Numbered from the stretch's first letter, positions 11,387 to 25,287 are shown. The stretch: DNA of 64,000 bases from Octopus bimaculoides (GCF_001194135.2 NC_068999.1:16215320-16279319); one strand, 5' to 3'. The notes: generated by a model not told the origin, from the sequence alone. Numbers and translations are program-made.

Positions 11387-11829
<443 letters not shown>

Positions 11830-13249
11830 ATTATTCAGTTTTTTTCAAGATTGTTTTACCTATAGAGAAAAACCGGTTTGTAACCTAGATCCAAGGTTCT
11901 TTCATTGAAATTTCAACATCAACAACAAGGTATTTTTGCTTGTTTGTATGTATGTATGTATGTATGTATGTATGTATGTGTAGATTTATATTTTTTATGT
12001 AATGTGTATATGTATATATGTATGTATGTTTGTGTGTATGTATGAATGTATGTATGTCTGTGTGTATGTATGTGTTTATGTACATGTGCCCCTATGCATT
12101 TCTCGCTCTGCATATTACGATGACTCGAATCGTGACTCAAGACGGAAACAAAAGAAAGCTACAGAAATCTTAGGTGAATGCATCAAGAAATCAGTAAATT
12201 AAAGAGGATCATTCAAAGACAACAGATCTAGGATCTCCCACCCACTTACTACCAATTCTTCTTCTCTAAATGTACAGTACCACAAATTTTATGGGGCTGA
12301 CGTGTCATCAATGCATGTTATTTTTTTTTTTTACTCAAACTTCTTGCATTGTTACAACTGATAACTCACAATTAAGAAGTTCATTCATATAAGAAGACAG
12401 TATTTTTCCTTACTAAATTCAATACATATGTTCTTTCGAAGCTGATAGTTCATTTCCTTGTTATTCGAAGATTTTCCACTTGTACGAGTTCGTGCAAGTA
12501 ACGCAGATAATAATGAATCATCTGCTTTGAATGGAGTATTATCAGCTAAATATATTGAGTTGTTTATCCCTATTATGCTCTTCTACANNNNNNNNNNNNN
12601 NNNNNNNNNNNNNNNNNNNNNNNNNNNNNNNNNNNNNNNNNNNNNNNNNNNNNNNNNNNNNNNNNNNNNNNNNNNNNNNNNNNNNNNNNNNNNNNNNNNN
12701 NNNNNNNNNNNNNNNNNNNNNNNNNNNNNNNNNNNNNNNNNNNNNNNNNNNNNNNNNNNNNNNNNNNNNNNNNNNNNNNNNNNNNNNNNNNNNNNNNNNN
12801 NNNNNNNNNNNNNNNNNNNNNNNNNNNNNNNNNNNNNNNNNNNNNNNNNNNNNNNNNNNNNNNNNNNNNNNNNNNNNNNNNNNNNNNNNNNNNNNNNNNN
12901 NNNNNNNNNNNNNNNNNNNNNNNNNNNNNNNNNNNNNNNNNNNNNNNNNNNNNNNTATATATATATATATATATATATGCATACAAATATATACATGTAT
13001 ATGTTTATAAGTCTGTGTGTGTATATATACATTCGTAATTGGTAAGGTATTTCTCCAAACGTTGACCGGTTTGTTCACAGTTAGATGTTCAAAATAGGTT
13101 AATCAACACTTTGCATATAAATCCAGTAATAATTTTTATTTAAGAATTAAGTGATATATTACGTTGGATTACTCTAAACATATTACCTTTAACCATATAA
13201 GTTTCCTGGAGTATTTAATATCAAAAATGATGATGATGATGATGATGAT

Positions 13250-14510
13250 GTACTAACTACCGAAATGAAAACGACAATTCAGGTGTCTATCAGAAGGTTG
13301 AGGAAGCTAATGAAGTCGAAGCTAAATGGTCGGAATCTAGTGAAGGCTGTAAATACTTGGGCAGTATAGTTACTTAGATATTCAGCAGCTTTTGTAGATT
13401 GGACAAAGCTGAATTAGCAAAGCTTAAAAGAAGAACTAGGAAGGAGTTCAATATGAATGGAGGGCTCCACCTAGGAGCAGGAGTAGCAAGATTATACGTA
13501 TCTAGAAAGGAAGACGGAAGAGGGTAGGTATCAGTAGAAGACTGCGTGGAGTTAGCTAGAATAGATATTGACTCCTATGTAGGTAGTAGTGATGAACGTT
13601 TATTAAAAGCTGCTAAAGTCACAGCAAGACATAGGGAAACCAAAAATCCAAGCGAAGTTAAAAACCAGGAAAAAGAACAAAAGTTATCTGAATGGCAGAA
13701 GGCGGTACATGGTAGATTCCCAAAGATAGTTGCAAAAAATACTAGTAGTGAGACATAGTTATGGTTGCAGAAAGGAAAGCTAAAGAGGGAGGCACAAAGT
13801 TTGCTAGTAGCTGCATATGATCAAGCATTAAGGAATAATTGCGTAAATGACAAGATAAACAAAACCAAGTACATTCCCCGTGTAGATTATGCAAATCAAA
13901 AGACGAAAGCGTTATTCACATAAGTGAATATAGCAAGCTGGCACAGAAAGAAAGACATGACAATATAGGGAGAATAAACCATTGAGAGCTATGTAGAAAG
14001 CTAAGATTTGAACACACTAATAAATACTATGAACATAAACCTAGTAAATTACTAGAAAGTAAGAAATATAAGGTGTTGTGGGACTTTAACATTGAGACTG
14101 GCAGAGTAACATAATCTAGAAGGCCTGATTTAGTAGTAGTTTGATAAAGACAATAGAAAGTGCCAGATAACTGACTTTATAAACCCATTAGATGAAAACA
14201 TTAATATGAGAAGTATTAAAAAAGTAGCAAAGTACCAGGACCTAGATTTTGAATTATAAGGTCTATGGAAAGTGTGGGTAAAATATATCCTAGTAGTTAT
14301 AGGTGCGTTGTGAACTAAAGATCTGAACAGATGGATAGAGGAAATAGGCATAAAATGCAGATTAGTACAGCTCCTGAAAACAGTGTTTTTAAGGACAACT
14401 AGGATAAATAGGAGGGTTCTTGGCATCTAAGGTTACTTGTTGTGGCCCGATATTAGGATTTGTTTTCTTTTCCAACAGTCTAACCTTGTTACGAAGTAGC
14501 ATTAGAATTA
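13250..14510 (+). mobile_element. 5'-truncated, inactivated Dong/R4-clade non-LTR retrotransposon (RT thumb, zinc knuckle, restriction-like endonuclease)
   Basis: Translation across stops and frameshifts gives RRLRKLMKSKLNGRNLVKAVNTWAV*LLRYSAAFVDW, ARLYVSRKEDGRG, WLQKGKLKREAQSLLVAAYDQAL, CRLCKSKDESVIHI, RHDNIG..HWELC, KVLWDFNIET and RRPDLVVV, all characteristic of R4/Dong ORFs. Confidence 0.9.
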
Positions 14511-14989
14511 CCTTTAATTCGTCTCTATATATAATTACAGCCTCAAATAAACCTACATATGTTTCTACTGCATCAGTTAGTAACCGTTGCAATTTCAACC
14601 GTACTATGATACCGGTTTTCCTTTTGAGATTTAAGTAGTGAAAGTTTTACATTGACTTTCTTTGCGTTCAATGATGTCGAATTCTATGTTAATTCAGACA
14701 CGAACGATCTTCAGTTTCAAGTATTGATTGGATAATCACTTGTTTATTCCTTGTAGTCAGTTATTTCAAAAAAGTTCATTGCCTAAATCTATATAACTGA
14801 TTTATTTACATATAAATATGTATGTATATATGTATGTGTATGTGTGTATGCATGTATGTATGCATCTGTGTATATGCATGCATGTATGTAGTATGTGTGT
14901 ATATGTATGTTTGTATGTATGCATATGTATCTGTATGCATGAATGAATTATATGTGTATACCTGTGTGAAGTATATTTTCTTTTACTTA

Positions 14990-15325
14990 TTTCTGTTACT
15001 AGAGATTTTCCATGCTTGGGTACCACCTTCAAGAGGTATTAATGAGACATATCGACCTCCGGACTTACTTTTGAAATACCTTGTATACACACACAAACAC
15101 ACAATATACATATATATGCGTTTGTGTGTATGTGTGTGTATGTGTGTGTGTGAATGTGTGTGTGTTTCTGTGTATGTGTATGTGTTTCTGTGTATGTGTG
15201 TGTATAGATTTGGCGGGTTTCCACACAGATTCTGTGCATCAAGTTCACTGATAACCCGTTGATCTTCCCGGGCCACAATTGAAGACACTTGTTCATGGCA
15301 CTGCGCAGTGGGACTGTGATATATG
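14990..15325 (-). mobile_element. Degenerate SINE family B copy
   Basis: catgcttgggtaccacc...atcgacctccggacttac 3' body, microsatellite, then gaagacacttgttcatggcactgcgcagtgggactg CORE/head. Confidence 0.65.
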
Positions 15326-17049
15326 TATATGCATGTATGTAATGCATGCATATATATATGTGTGTAGACCTGTGAGTGAGTGTGAGTGTGTGCCTGTGTT
15401 TGTCTGTGATTGTGTGTGCGCGCGTGAGTGCATGTATCTCTTTTCGTGTGTGCATCTAAATAAACTTATTCATAGAATTGTAGAAACCATTCTTGATTCT
15501 CTTCATGATGATATTCACGCTTGTTAGTGGTTTATGACTTTCACTTTTTCTCTTCAGTTTATTTTCACTAAACAACTGTTCGCATGTAAAGTATTTGTGG
15601 GCATTTTTTCCTGATGACAAAACGAAGAGCCTTATGCCTTGTGTAGTAATTATAATGGTCGGCATAACATGTCATCGCTACATTATTTGTAGACCGGTAG
15701 AGAATGCAAATAGAAAGCATTGTTAAATCATATCTCTTCAGTTTTCTTTATTATTTTCTAAATTTATAATTCTCCTGAAGTTTATTAAAAATTTTGTATT
15801 ATCCGATAGCTAGATATATACACAAAATACTATATCGCAATTAATCTTGCTCCAGAGATCTTCAATTAAAATATGTTTACTTAAAATACCAAGATCGCTC
15901 CTGCTGTAATTTTAATTTTTAAAGAAGTCTTTAATTTTTAAAGAATTCTTTGACAGAACTTTTTTCCCATGTCATCAGCTAAATTCTAACTCAGAACAAA
16001 GAAGTCTCCAGCAATTTACTGGAAAAGAATGACAATGGCGTAAATTTTCTTTCTTTTTTTTTTATGTTTGCTTGCTTTTACTTCTGCCGTCAGCTGTGTT
16101 GTCAAGACTACATTCAGAATTAGAGGATAGAAATTCTCTTACAATCAAAATAAACGTAGAGCGTATGAACAGAACCTACAGTAGAAATATTAAACAAAAC
16201 AGAAGAAATATCGATTTTACTTGGTTAGGCACCGGATGATTTGTTGAATTCTCATCAAATAATACACACTTGATAGCTCAAACTTGCCAAAACTGGCAGT
16301 GGGAACTCTTTGAAATCTCGCTCTATTATTATTTTAAAGAAAGTATTGGATAAATGCAATCGTCATTGCATTATGTCTGGGAAAAAAATCGAAATGGTCA
16401 TGGTTGGGCTGTCATCAATAGCAATTATTTTTTTTTTTCTATATGCAGTTAAAGTAAAAGCCTCTGCTTCACAATGTTCTCTTCTTACTAAAAATTCCAC
16501 ATTCATTTTTTTCCTCGTATCATCGAACATTTAGTTTCCTACATTTCGCACTAACCAGTTATTCTGATATCTGCACCTTTATCTGCCCACAATGTCAACC
16601 CAACAAGAATTCACTCCCCGAACGTGTTTTATTTCATCAGATGTCGACATCAACCGCAACATCTGTCAATTCTGAAAGACCTTGTGAGGGTCACTGTCAC
16701 CCTCTTTCCTCCTAATACCAGAAAGAAAAAAAAAACTATATTGTAAGGATGAGCGAGGGTTTAGTTCATTACAGGGTCACGTATTGCTTCTAATATAGAA
16801 TCATCTTTTGAACAGATTATTTGTATATCATAAATATTCTAGGTAATATTACAGATACTTATTCTACTAACTCCACTATTTGGGAAGCACAGTCGATCAT
16901 GCAATTATTTTCAATGAGGTTTTTAGTTTGGAGTTGTATTGTTTTCTAACACTCTCTAAAATGTTCAATATTTGATTATTGTTTTTCCTGACGATGTACT
17001 TACACCTGCGCCCATATGTCAAGCAAGAAATTACCTTTGTTCTACGTTA

Positions 17050-17550
17050 GAAACGGTCTGAGAATCGGTAACTAGATAATGATGCAAACTAGAAGATGAG
17101 CAGTTGTTCATTTAATACATAGCGAGCTAAAATTCTGCCAATCGTTACTTTGTGTTTATTGAGGCTGCGTAGCGGATGATTATGAAAAAGGAGTATATGA
17201 TAAAATATTAAAATACCTTTGAACAAAGTGAGGCCAATAAAATAAGTATTTGTGTAAAATAATGTATGACATCGAAATGACAGAGTAATATCTTAAACGT
17301 GTTGTGACAGTATGGCCGAATTCTAATATCGTATTTGCAAATTACATTATTACAAAATAACTTTATTGACAAACCAATGGTAAGTGAATATATTCTGTAT
17401 TAATAGTGTCTACTTTGCATTTTGTTATTCTGAGATTCACCTCTGAGACTAATTCGAAAACAGAGTAGCTCACAGTGTGAAAACCGATACAATAGTTGAG
17501 AAAATAATAACGGAGGTTTGTAAGATGGCTAGAAGGAGAGAGGCGAAGTA
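17050..17550 (+). mobile_element. Highly decayed RTE LINE 3' remnant
   Basis: ttattgaggctgcgtagcgg reads as LL(Y)GCVA(W), compare LLYGCEAW. Followed by YDKILKIP-like and VEKIITEVCKMARRRE (compare IEKLIIEGKIEGKRRRG) segments. Confidence 0.4.
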
Positions 17551-18433
17551 CTATGTTGTAGTTATTAGATCAACGATAATACCATTTTTAATTATTTATG
17601 TATGTATTTACATTTCTGTCAGAGCGGGAAGCACAGATTCTATGACCTTGATTTTTTAATTGTTTACAAGTCGCTTGGAGGAGGACAGAAAGTGTTTCTT
17701 AATGAGAAAAAATACCAGAAATGTTTGCAACAGATCAAACATTACTGGAGGCTTACAAAAAGCTGATTTGTTTTGTGCTGAATGAAAATGCACTAGAATG
17801 CAGAACACAAAAAGCTGGAATCAAATTAGTGAAGTATATCTTGCGACACTCTAATCTGACATTAATCTCTCGCCCAAGAATGGTACATTATTTATTGTCT
17901 CTGAAATTGTCATAGATAGATGGTTTCTACGGAATTTCAGTTGGAAATTCTACAGAACACAAGAAAATAACGCAAGACATTCTATTCTATATTCAAAGGA
18001 GTACCAATTCACCGGCGAAGTACTTGTTATAAAAATGGACGTTTTAATTCAAATATTTGCAACATCTGCGTGAGTCTATAGGGGACTAGTCTAGGCTCTG
18101 CAATCACAGACATAGTGTACATCCACACACCTGCCTTTTGCACGAATTTCATTCACAAGTTGAGGAGTAAATCTAGACCTCAAGCTTTGCCCGATCATCG
18201 AAGCATGCCACGATCAACCTCTCACTTACTGGCGAACAAAGTACAACACCTGTGCACGATTCAATTCGAGGAAACGAACGAGAAACAAGATGGGATGCAC
18301 ACATTTTAATCACACATATACATGTTCGAACGTGCGCGCACACTAAAGCACACATACTCGTACAATATCTCTCTATCTCTCTCCCTCTGTCTGTCCGTCT
18401 ATATATATATATATATATATACATACATATACA

Positions 18434-18524
<91 letters not shown>

Positions 18525-19019
18525 ATNNNNNNNNNNNNNNNNNNNNNNNNNNNNNNNNNNNNNNNNNNNNNNNNNNNNNNNNNNNNNNNNNNNNNNNNNN
18601 NNNNNNNNNNNNNNNNNNNNNNNNNNNNNNNNNNNNNNNNNNNNNNNNNNNNNNNNNNNNNNNNNNNNNNNNNNNNNNNNNNNNNNNNNNNNNNNNNNNN
18701 NNNNNNNNNNNNNNNNNNNNNNNNNNNNNNNNNNNNNNNNNNNNNNNNNNNNNNNNNNNNNNNNNNNNNNNNNNNNNNNNNNNNNNNNNNNNNNNNNNNN
18801 NNNNNNNNNNNNNNNNNNNNNNNNNNNNNNNNNNNNNNNNNNNNNNNNNNNNNNNNNNNNNNNNNNNNNNNNNNNNNNNNNNNNNNNNNNNNNNNNNNNN
18901 NNNNNNNNNNNNNNNNNNNNNNNNNNNNNNNNNNNNNCAGAGCAATTAGGAAGTCTTTGAAGTTTTCCTAAGAACATGATGCAGCGGCATTTAAGTGTTA
19001 TAGCAGTGCCAACATTGAC

Positions 19020-19110
19020 AAAAGTAGTAACAGACGAGCTAATGAGGTAGCCTTTACTTGCTGGGTGAAGTGCTAGAAACTGCAGTGAATCCGCCCTGAA
19101 ATAACACCCA
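19020..19110 (+). mobile_element. SINE family C fragment
   Basis: gtagcctttacttgctgggtgaagtgctagaaactgcagtgaatccgccctgaaataacacc aligns with 29115-29180. Confidence 0.45.
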
Positions 19111-19111
19111 A

Positions 19112-19508
19112 TACTCTCTTTTTACTGTTTCAGTCATTTGACTGCGGCCATGCTGGAGCACCGCCTTTTTAATCGAGAAAATCGACCCCAGGATTTATTC
19201 TTTGGAAGCCTAGTACTTATTCTATCGGTTTCCTTTTGCCGAACCGCTAACTTACGGGGACGTAAACACACCACCATCGGTTGTCAAGGGATGCTGGGGT
19301 GACAAATACAGACACACAAAAATATACACATACATATACATATATATATACGACGGGCTTCTTTCAGCTTCCGTCTACCAAATCCACTCACAAAGCCTTG
19401 GTCGGCCCGAGGCTAGAGTAGAAGACACTTGCCCAAGGTGCCACGCAGTGGGAATGAACCCGGAACCATGTGGTTGGTAAGCAAGCTGCTTACCACACAG
19501 CCACTCCT
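19112..19508 (-). mobile_element. SINE family B, full-length copy
   Basis: Complete colinear match to 8385-8783 in reverse, from the tactctcttttt tail to the ccacacagccactcct head. Confidence 0.95.
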
Positions 19509-19944
19509 TAAATATGAAATTAGGGATACATTAGATAACTAGTCGAGGTATCGGCAGAGATTTTAGATCTACGGGCAGCAATTCTTGTAGAATCTAGCTA
19601 CCGATCTTTATGTCCTGATTTCAAATCGTACTTGGATTTTAAAATATATATATCGCCGTATAATCCGCCCCCACGATCTACAGAATGGCTACAAATACTG
19701 TGTTTGATATGTATGCCCGTATAAAGTATCATCGAAGTAAATGGAATTTTACCATAATATCAGATAAAGAGAAAGACAGAAAGAAAGAAGGGAATAAAGA
19801 AAGGAAAGGAAAAGAAGCAGTATGTAGTGTTGTCCTATCTATATTTCTCAAGGGAAAAACCAAAATGGTATGATCACAGCTGGAAAAAAATCTTTGATCA
19901 TAGATCTGCCCAATTCGAGTTCTTTTGCAATAGGTTTGTAAATA

Positions 19945-20215
19945 ACATCATCGTCATCGTCGTCGTCGTCGTCATCATCGTCGTCGTCGTCGTCGTCGTC
20001 GTCATCGACGCTGTCGTCGTCATATCATCATCATTATGTATATCATGTGTATCATCATCATCATCATCATTATTAGCAAGAGGAGCATCGTGAACAGCTG
20101 TAGCATCGTCATCCTCATCCTCATCGTCGTCGTCGTAGTCGTTGTCATCATCGTCGTTGTCATCATCATCATCAAGTCAACAACAGCAACAACAGCGTTA
20201 TCATCGTCAACATAG

Positions 20216-20250
<35 letters not shown>

Positions 20251-20423
20251 TACGGAGAGAAGCTTCTTTAGTACCAATATCATGAACTTATTATCTGTGG
20301 CTGACGCATGTATCCTTTAAATAGGTTACATTCTCGGGTGAACCTGAACGAGGATGCGAACTAGGGATAGCAATATTTCGACAAATTACGGAGTGACAGC
20401 AGTAGCAGCAGCAGTATTAGTGC

Positions 20424-20477
<54 letters not shown>

Positions 20478-20545
20478 CAGTAGCAGCAGAAGCAGCAGCA
20501 GCAGCAGCAGCAACACCAGCAGCAGTAGCAGAAACACCAGCAAAA
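19945..20545. repeat. Compound trinucleotide microsatellite block (TCG/TCA, GTA/GCA)
   Basis: Directly visible; explains ORFs 19827-20093, 20020-20283, 20354-20575 and 20361-20726. Confidence 0.95.
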
Positions 20546-22359
20546 TATTCCACACGCATTTTTTGTCATCACTAACTGACTGATGTGGATATTGTGACCG
20601 CAGAAAGAGTAGCCGGAATCCGCACAAAAATGACCAATAAAAAGGTTGCTTTAAATTATGTTTGCAATAATGATTAGAATCGTTGCAGTTAATTGAACTA
20701 TTATTGAAATGTAATAACAATAACAATGATTATTTGAAAGACAGCCTATTGAAGAAGCCGTACATGATTGCCGTTACACCTGCTAAAAATAATCCTCGTA
20801 TGGCTATGATCAGCATTTAGTCTTTAGAAAATAGATAGGAGATCTCGCTTCACAGAAACAAATTCGGGGTTTTGATCGCAGGTATGTCTTTACATTTAAG
20901 TGTCTCGCATCAGAACCAAAAACACAATTTTGTCCTCAATCACACCCAATCGCCTTCAAGATAGAAAGAATAAAAAAGGGAAGAAAGAGTGAGAGGAGAG
21001 GGGTTGACGGTCCATTAATGTGGTCGTGGGTTCCCTGCAACACGTTGGAAAAAGACATGTTGATCACGGTCTTTCATCCCATGTACGCTCCATCATGTTC
21101 CACCTCGGGTAAAAAGCACGGTAGCAAATATCAGTAAACAATGCATCACTTTTCTGAAATATTTTTAACGGTTAAATGCTGCAACAAAAGGTTTTTTTCT
21201 TTTATGATTATCATGAACATATCACTTTTTTTTTTTGCAACCTGAACTGAAACCCCATCGCTTTCGATTTTAGGTTTTTATACATTCGGAGAACCACTTA
21301 TTTGATAGTTGCTGACGGCGACACCGTACAAAGTGGTTCAAGCAGCTAAATTGGCCTTAAAATCGTACTCTATTGTTTTAAAATTCTCAGAAATAAATTA
21401 AGACTAAATGATCACATCTGAAACAATATTGATCATAAATATGTTCTGTCCGACATGTTGGAGACTTAACAACAAGACGCCAACTTTACCTGAACAAGTA
21501 TCGTAATCCTTGGCACCAAAAACAAGGAGCAATACAATTTTTTTTTAGTATCGGATTTTCGACGACAGAAATATTGAATACAGCTGAATAGGGCCCCTTA
21601 CTACAAACAATGCTGAAAACGTGCATTGTTTAAATGTTTTCACCAGTTAATTATAATTTTTGATATTTTTAATGTTATTTAATAATCTTTTCCTTGTTAC
21701 AGGCATAGTGGTCATGCTAGGACACAGCATTAGGTTTTGTTTTACTTTTCTTTCTTGCTTTTTATTTATCATTTATTTATGCTTTCGAATACAGCGCCTC
21801 TAGAACGTTTCTTTGATTTGTGCATAAGACCGGTGGATTGATAGAACTGAGAGAGCGTCCGACAAAATGCATGTTCGAATCACATCGAGTTTGATTTTGA
21901 CTTCCATACTACCTAACTCCTTTAAATAAACAGCTGATGTTTGCGTATACTTTAAATTTAATCGTCTACGTCTTCCATTGAAATGTCTAACTCAAATGTC
22001 TAAAGTCAAATTTCAAATTGGCTGGAGTATACGAGAATCAGACTTGCTGAATCGGCAGAGTGTTGTACAAATCACTCTCGGTATGAACGTACGTTCCACG
22101 CAAGAGTTAATATCTTCCCAGTTATAATACCGTGTTACGAGAACAAGGCTAGTCTGGTGATAAACAACGTTATCATCAACATCACCAAAAAACAGCAATA
22201 CCACAATCGGAAATTAACATCAGCTTCCTTTATTAGTAAGTACAAGGAATGTACTGGGATCTCAAATAATACCATCTCACACATCCGATGCACAATTATG
22301 GCTGTGAGATATGCACGAAATTCAATTATATTAGACACAGTAGTAACAGCAATGCACCG

Positions 22360-22480
22360 AATTAGCGGAGGTAGTGTGAATGTTGGATAGAATCCGCTGC
22401 GATATTCGTACCTGGCCTTTGCCTTCCGAGTTCAAATCTTAGCAACGTCAACTAATGTTCGTCATTCCCAAAGACGATAT
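22360..22480 (+). mobile_element. SINE family A fragment
   Basis: gctgcgatattcgtac...ttccgagttcaaatcttagcaacgtcaact matches the head/B-box region. A second degenerate + head lies at about 21825-21910. Confidence 0.5.
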
Positions 22481-22494
22481 ATATATATATATTT

Positions 22495-22761
22495 ATAAGG
22501 TATAGTGTATATTTAAATACATAAGAGGAATCCACTAATGGGATTCCTTGCGCTAGAAAGAACTGCTGGGTTCTAGGACCACAAAATTAGGGAAACCAAT
22601 TTGGTCCAGGAACGATATGGTAAAAGTTTTGATTTTTCATTTCGTTACTTTTCGGGATTTTATCCCTAATTTTGTGGTTCTAGAACCTAGCAGTTTTTTC
22701 TAGTGTAAGGAATCCCATTAGTGGATTCCTTTTATGAATTTCATTATACAGTGTACCTTAT
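22495..22761. mobile_element. Fold-back/MITE-like element with about 99-bp inverted arms (74-bp core)
   Basis: 22520-22593 versus the reverse complement of 22663-22736: 68/74 identical. The match extends outward with mismatches to 22495/22761. Each arm contains the palindrome AGGAATCC-N7-GGATTCCT. Confidence 0.9.
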
Positions 22762-23344
22762 GAGTAATTCATAGTCTTTGGACTAAACTTTTATACGCTA
22801 GGCCATTTGGGGATGAAATTTTATTAATTTCAATTTACCTTTGATACGATTAATTAATTATCTATCTATATATATATGTATATATATATAAACTCCCGTC
22901 CATTGCTTTTTTTTTTCTCTTCATGCGTTGTACTTGTATTCCAAATGTCACGTTCATTAGACGAGAAACTGAATTTAGATTAACCGTGCTTGTAGACATC
23001 TCAGTTACTTAATCTATAATTTCATGTGTATGTATCCCGTTTAACGTGCAGTCAACTGCATATCATCAAGATCGTCGGAAAATCCACCAGTTGAGCATTT
23101 TTGATATCGTGTTATCCCCAAGATAGTCATGGTTGAGTAAATCTACTAACAACAGGCCTTACGTCAGTGATATTCCGTTATATTTTTCTGATTGAAACTA
23201 TATAGCCCTTCCTTAATGAAATAATCCTATCTTTATATTGTATATATTAAATTAAATAGGCAATTATATTTAGAGTGTAACTTGAGGAAAATGTTGTTGC
23301 TAACTGCGAGCAAGCCAAACTACTCCTTAGATTGGTTTACTATA

Positions 23345-23584
23345 ATTATAACAAGAATTTTAGAAGCAGTAGTTATTAATTCCTAGTAAGCTCGGATCGA
23401 GTAAACCTGCGACCATAAACGATCTGACAGAGACATTTCCAACTAATTATCTTCTTCTCTGTTTCGTAATATGGTGCATCAGGTGCGCGACTCGGCATTT
23501 AAGATGTCACGGTGCGATTTTAGAAATGTATAGTTGCTATAATGATCATATCAAACGACCGGATAGGGGCTCAATGACTGCTCG

Positions 23585-23585
<1 letters not shown>
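23345..23585 (-). mobile_element. SINE family C copy
   Basis: Reverse complement has gagcccctatccggtcg...atagcaac...aaatcgcacc and ggtcgcaggtttactcgatccgagc...taataactac, colinear with 29100-29325. Confidence 0.55.
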
Positions 23586-23640
<55 letters not shown>

Positions 23641-24122
23641 TGTAGCAGCAGCAGCAGCAGCAGAAGCAGCAGTAGCAGTAGTGGTAGCAGCAGCAGAAGT
23701 TATTGTTTATTGCAGTAGTAGTAGTAGTAGTAGCAGCAGCAGACGCTATTGTTTATTGTAGTAGTAGTAGTAGTAATAGTAGTAGTAGTAACAGCAACAG
23801 CAGCTGCAGTAGTAGAAGTAGTAGTAGTAGGAGGAGCAGCAGCAGAAGCTTCTGTTTCTATCTACTGGTCAATCCTTATCTTGTTGGAATATGATCAAAT
23901 CTTTCCAGCCGCGACTATTCAATATTCCCCCCCCCCCTGGTACGGAGAATTCCAGAACAACTTTTAAGTATAGCTTAATTTATTTTCTGTTAAGATGATG
24001 CGATGTTTTTTCAGGGAGATTTGACTGCTATTTCTAGCATGTCGTGCTTCACCGGTGTCAACTAGCTCGCTAGCAGCAGCGATGATTGTAGTTGTGGTGG
24101 TGGTGGTAGTGGTGGTGGCGGT

Positions 24123-24186
<64 letters not shown>

Positions 24187-24665
24187 AAAGAAGCAGAAGT
24201 GGAATATTGGAAGGAAGCAGAAGAGGAAGGAGAAGAGGAAGAAGGAAAAAAAGAAGAAGAAGAAGAAAAGGTGAAGATAAAAAGAAAAAAAGGAGAAAGA
24301 TGAAAAAGAAGAAAAGAAAGAAAGAGAAAGAAGAAAACAAGAAGAGAAAGAAGAAAAAGGGGAAAGAAAAAGAAGAGAAAGAAGAAGAAGAAGAAGAAGA
24401 AGAAGAAGAAGAAGAAGAAGAAGAAGAAAGGAAAAGAAGTAGAAACAGAAGAAAAAAGGAGGAGGAGGAGGAGATAATGCTTTCCTTTATTGGCCACAAG
24501 GATCGAACACGAAAAAGTAAGAAGAAGCAGCGAGGAAGATGAAAAAAGAACAACAACAACAACAACATCGGCCACAAAATTCATTCTTGAAACGAACACT
24601 AACTTGAAGTAATCTCAGAAACTAACAATATTGGTTTATGGAATAGTAGCTCTGTAGAATAACTG

Positions 24666-24735
<70 letters not shown>

Positions 24736-25090
24736 CACCACCACTACTACTACCACCACCACCACCACCACCACTACTACTACTATTACTACTGCTGCTG
24801 TTGCTGCTGATGCTGTTGCTGCTACAGATAGTGATGACGACGTCTATAGTAATAAAAATGATGACGAGGGTGATGATGATGATGACCATCATCATTGTCA
24901 GCATCATCATCATCATCAACATCACCACAATCATCACCATTATCATCAATATTAATATCGTCATATGTAGCTACTATTACTACTGCTGATGCTGGTGGCA
25001 GTGCCGCTACTGCTTTTCCAGTATTATTGATTTCATATACAGCTGAAAGAGAAGTAGCAGCGGCAGCAGCAGCAATTCAGCAGTGAGACG
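23585..25090. repeat. 1.5-kb island of compound trinucleotide repeats (GTA, GCA, GGT, GAA, CAA, CTA, CCA, TGA, TCA)
   Basis: Directly visible; accounts for all ORFs between 23703 and 25086. Confidence 0.95.
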
Positions 25091-25287
25091 AACATCAGCG
25101 GGAAAAAGTAGTTAAGCTAAAGCTATAATTCCTTGTTGCTGTGGCAAACTACATGGAACCCGAGTTAACTGCATGACAAATTCGAGACTCTTATCCAACT
25201 TCGATTACTGGTTTATGGAAATGTATTTCCTCTGCAGCTACTTGGTTCCAGGCTCCATTCTGCTGCGAGGGTCACAAGAAATATGTC

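Noticed and set aside
15558-15726. Peptide ending MVGITCHRYIICRP, reminiscent of a GPCR TM3 DRY region
   Set aside because: Isolated short similarity with no other transmembrane segments or compatible exons; likely chance.
16094-16223. Exon candidate AVLSRLHSELEDRNSLTIKINVERMNR
   Set aside because: Good acceptor but ambiguous donor. The peptide also resembles the RTE GLKIN-x-x-KT region, and an RTE remnant lies nearby.
21135-21632. Possible 500-bp MITE with 11-bp termini taaacaatgca/tgcattgttta
   Set aside because: The arms are short and AT-rich, within chance expectation, and there is no second copy in the window.
21997-22150. Frame resembling a Gypsy integrase C-terminal segment (SQL*YRVTRTRL)
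   Set aside because: Similarity too weak, with no other LTR-element motifs nearby.
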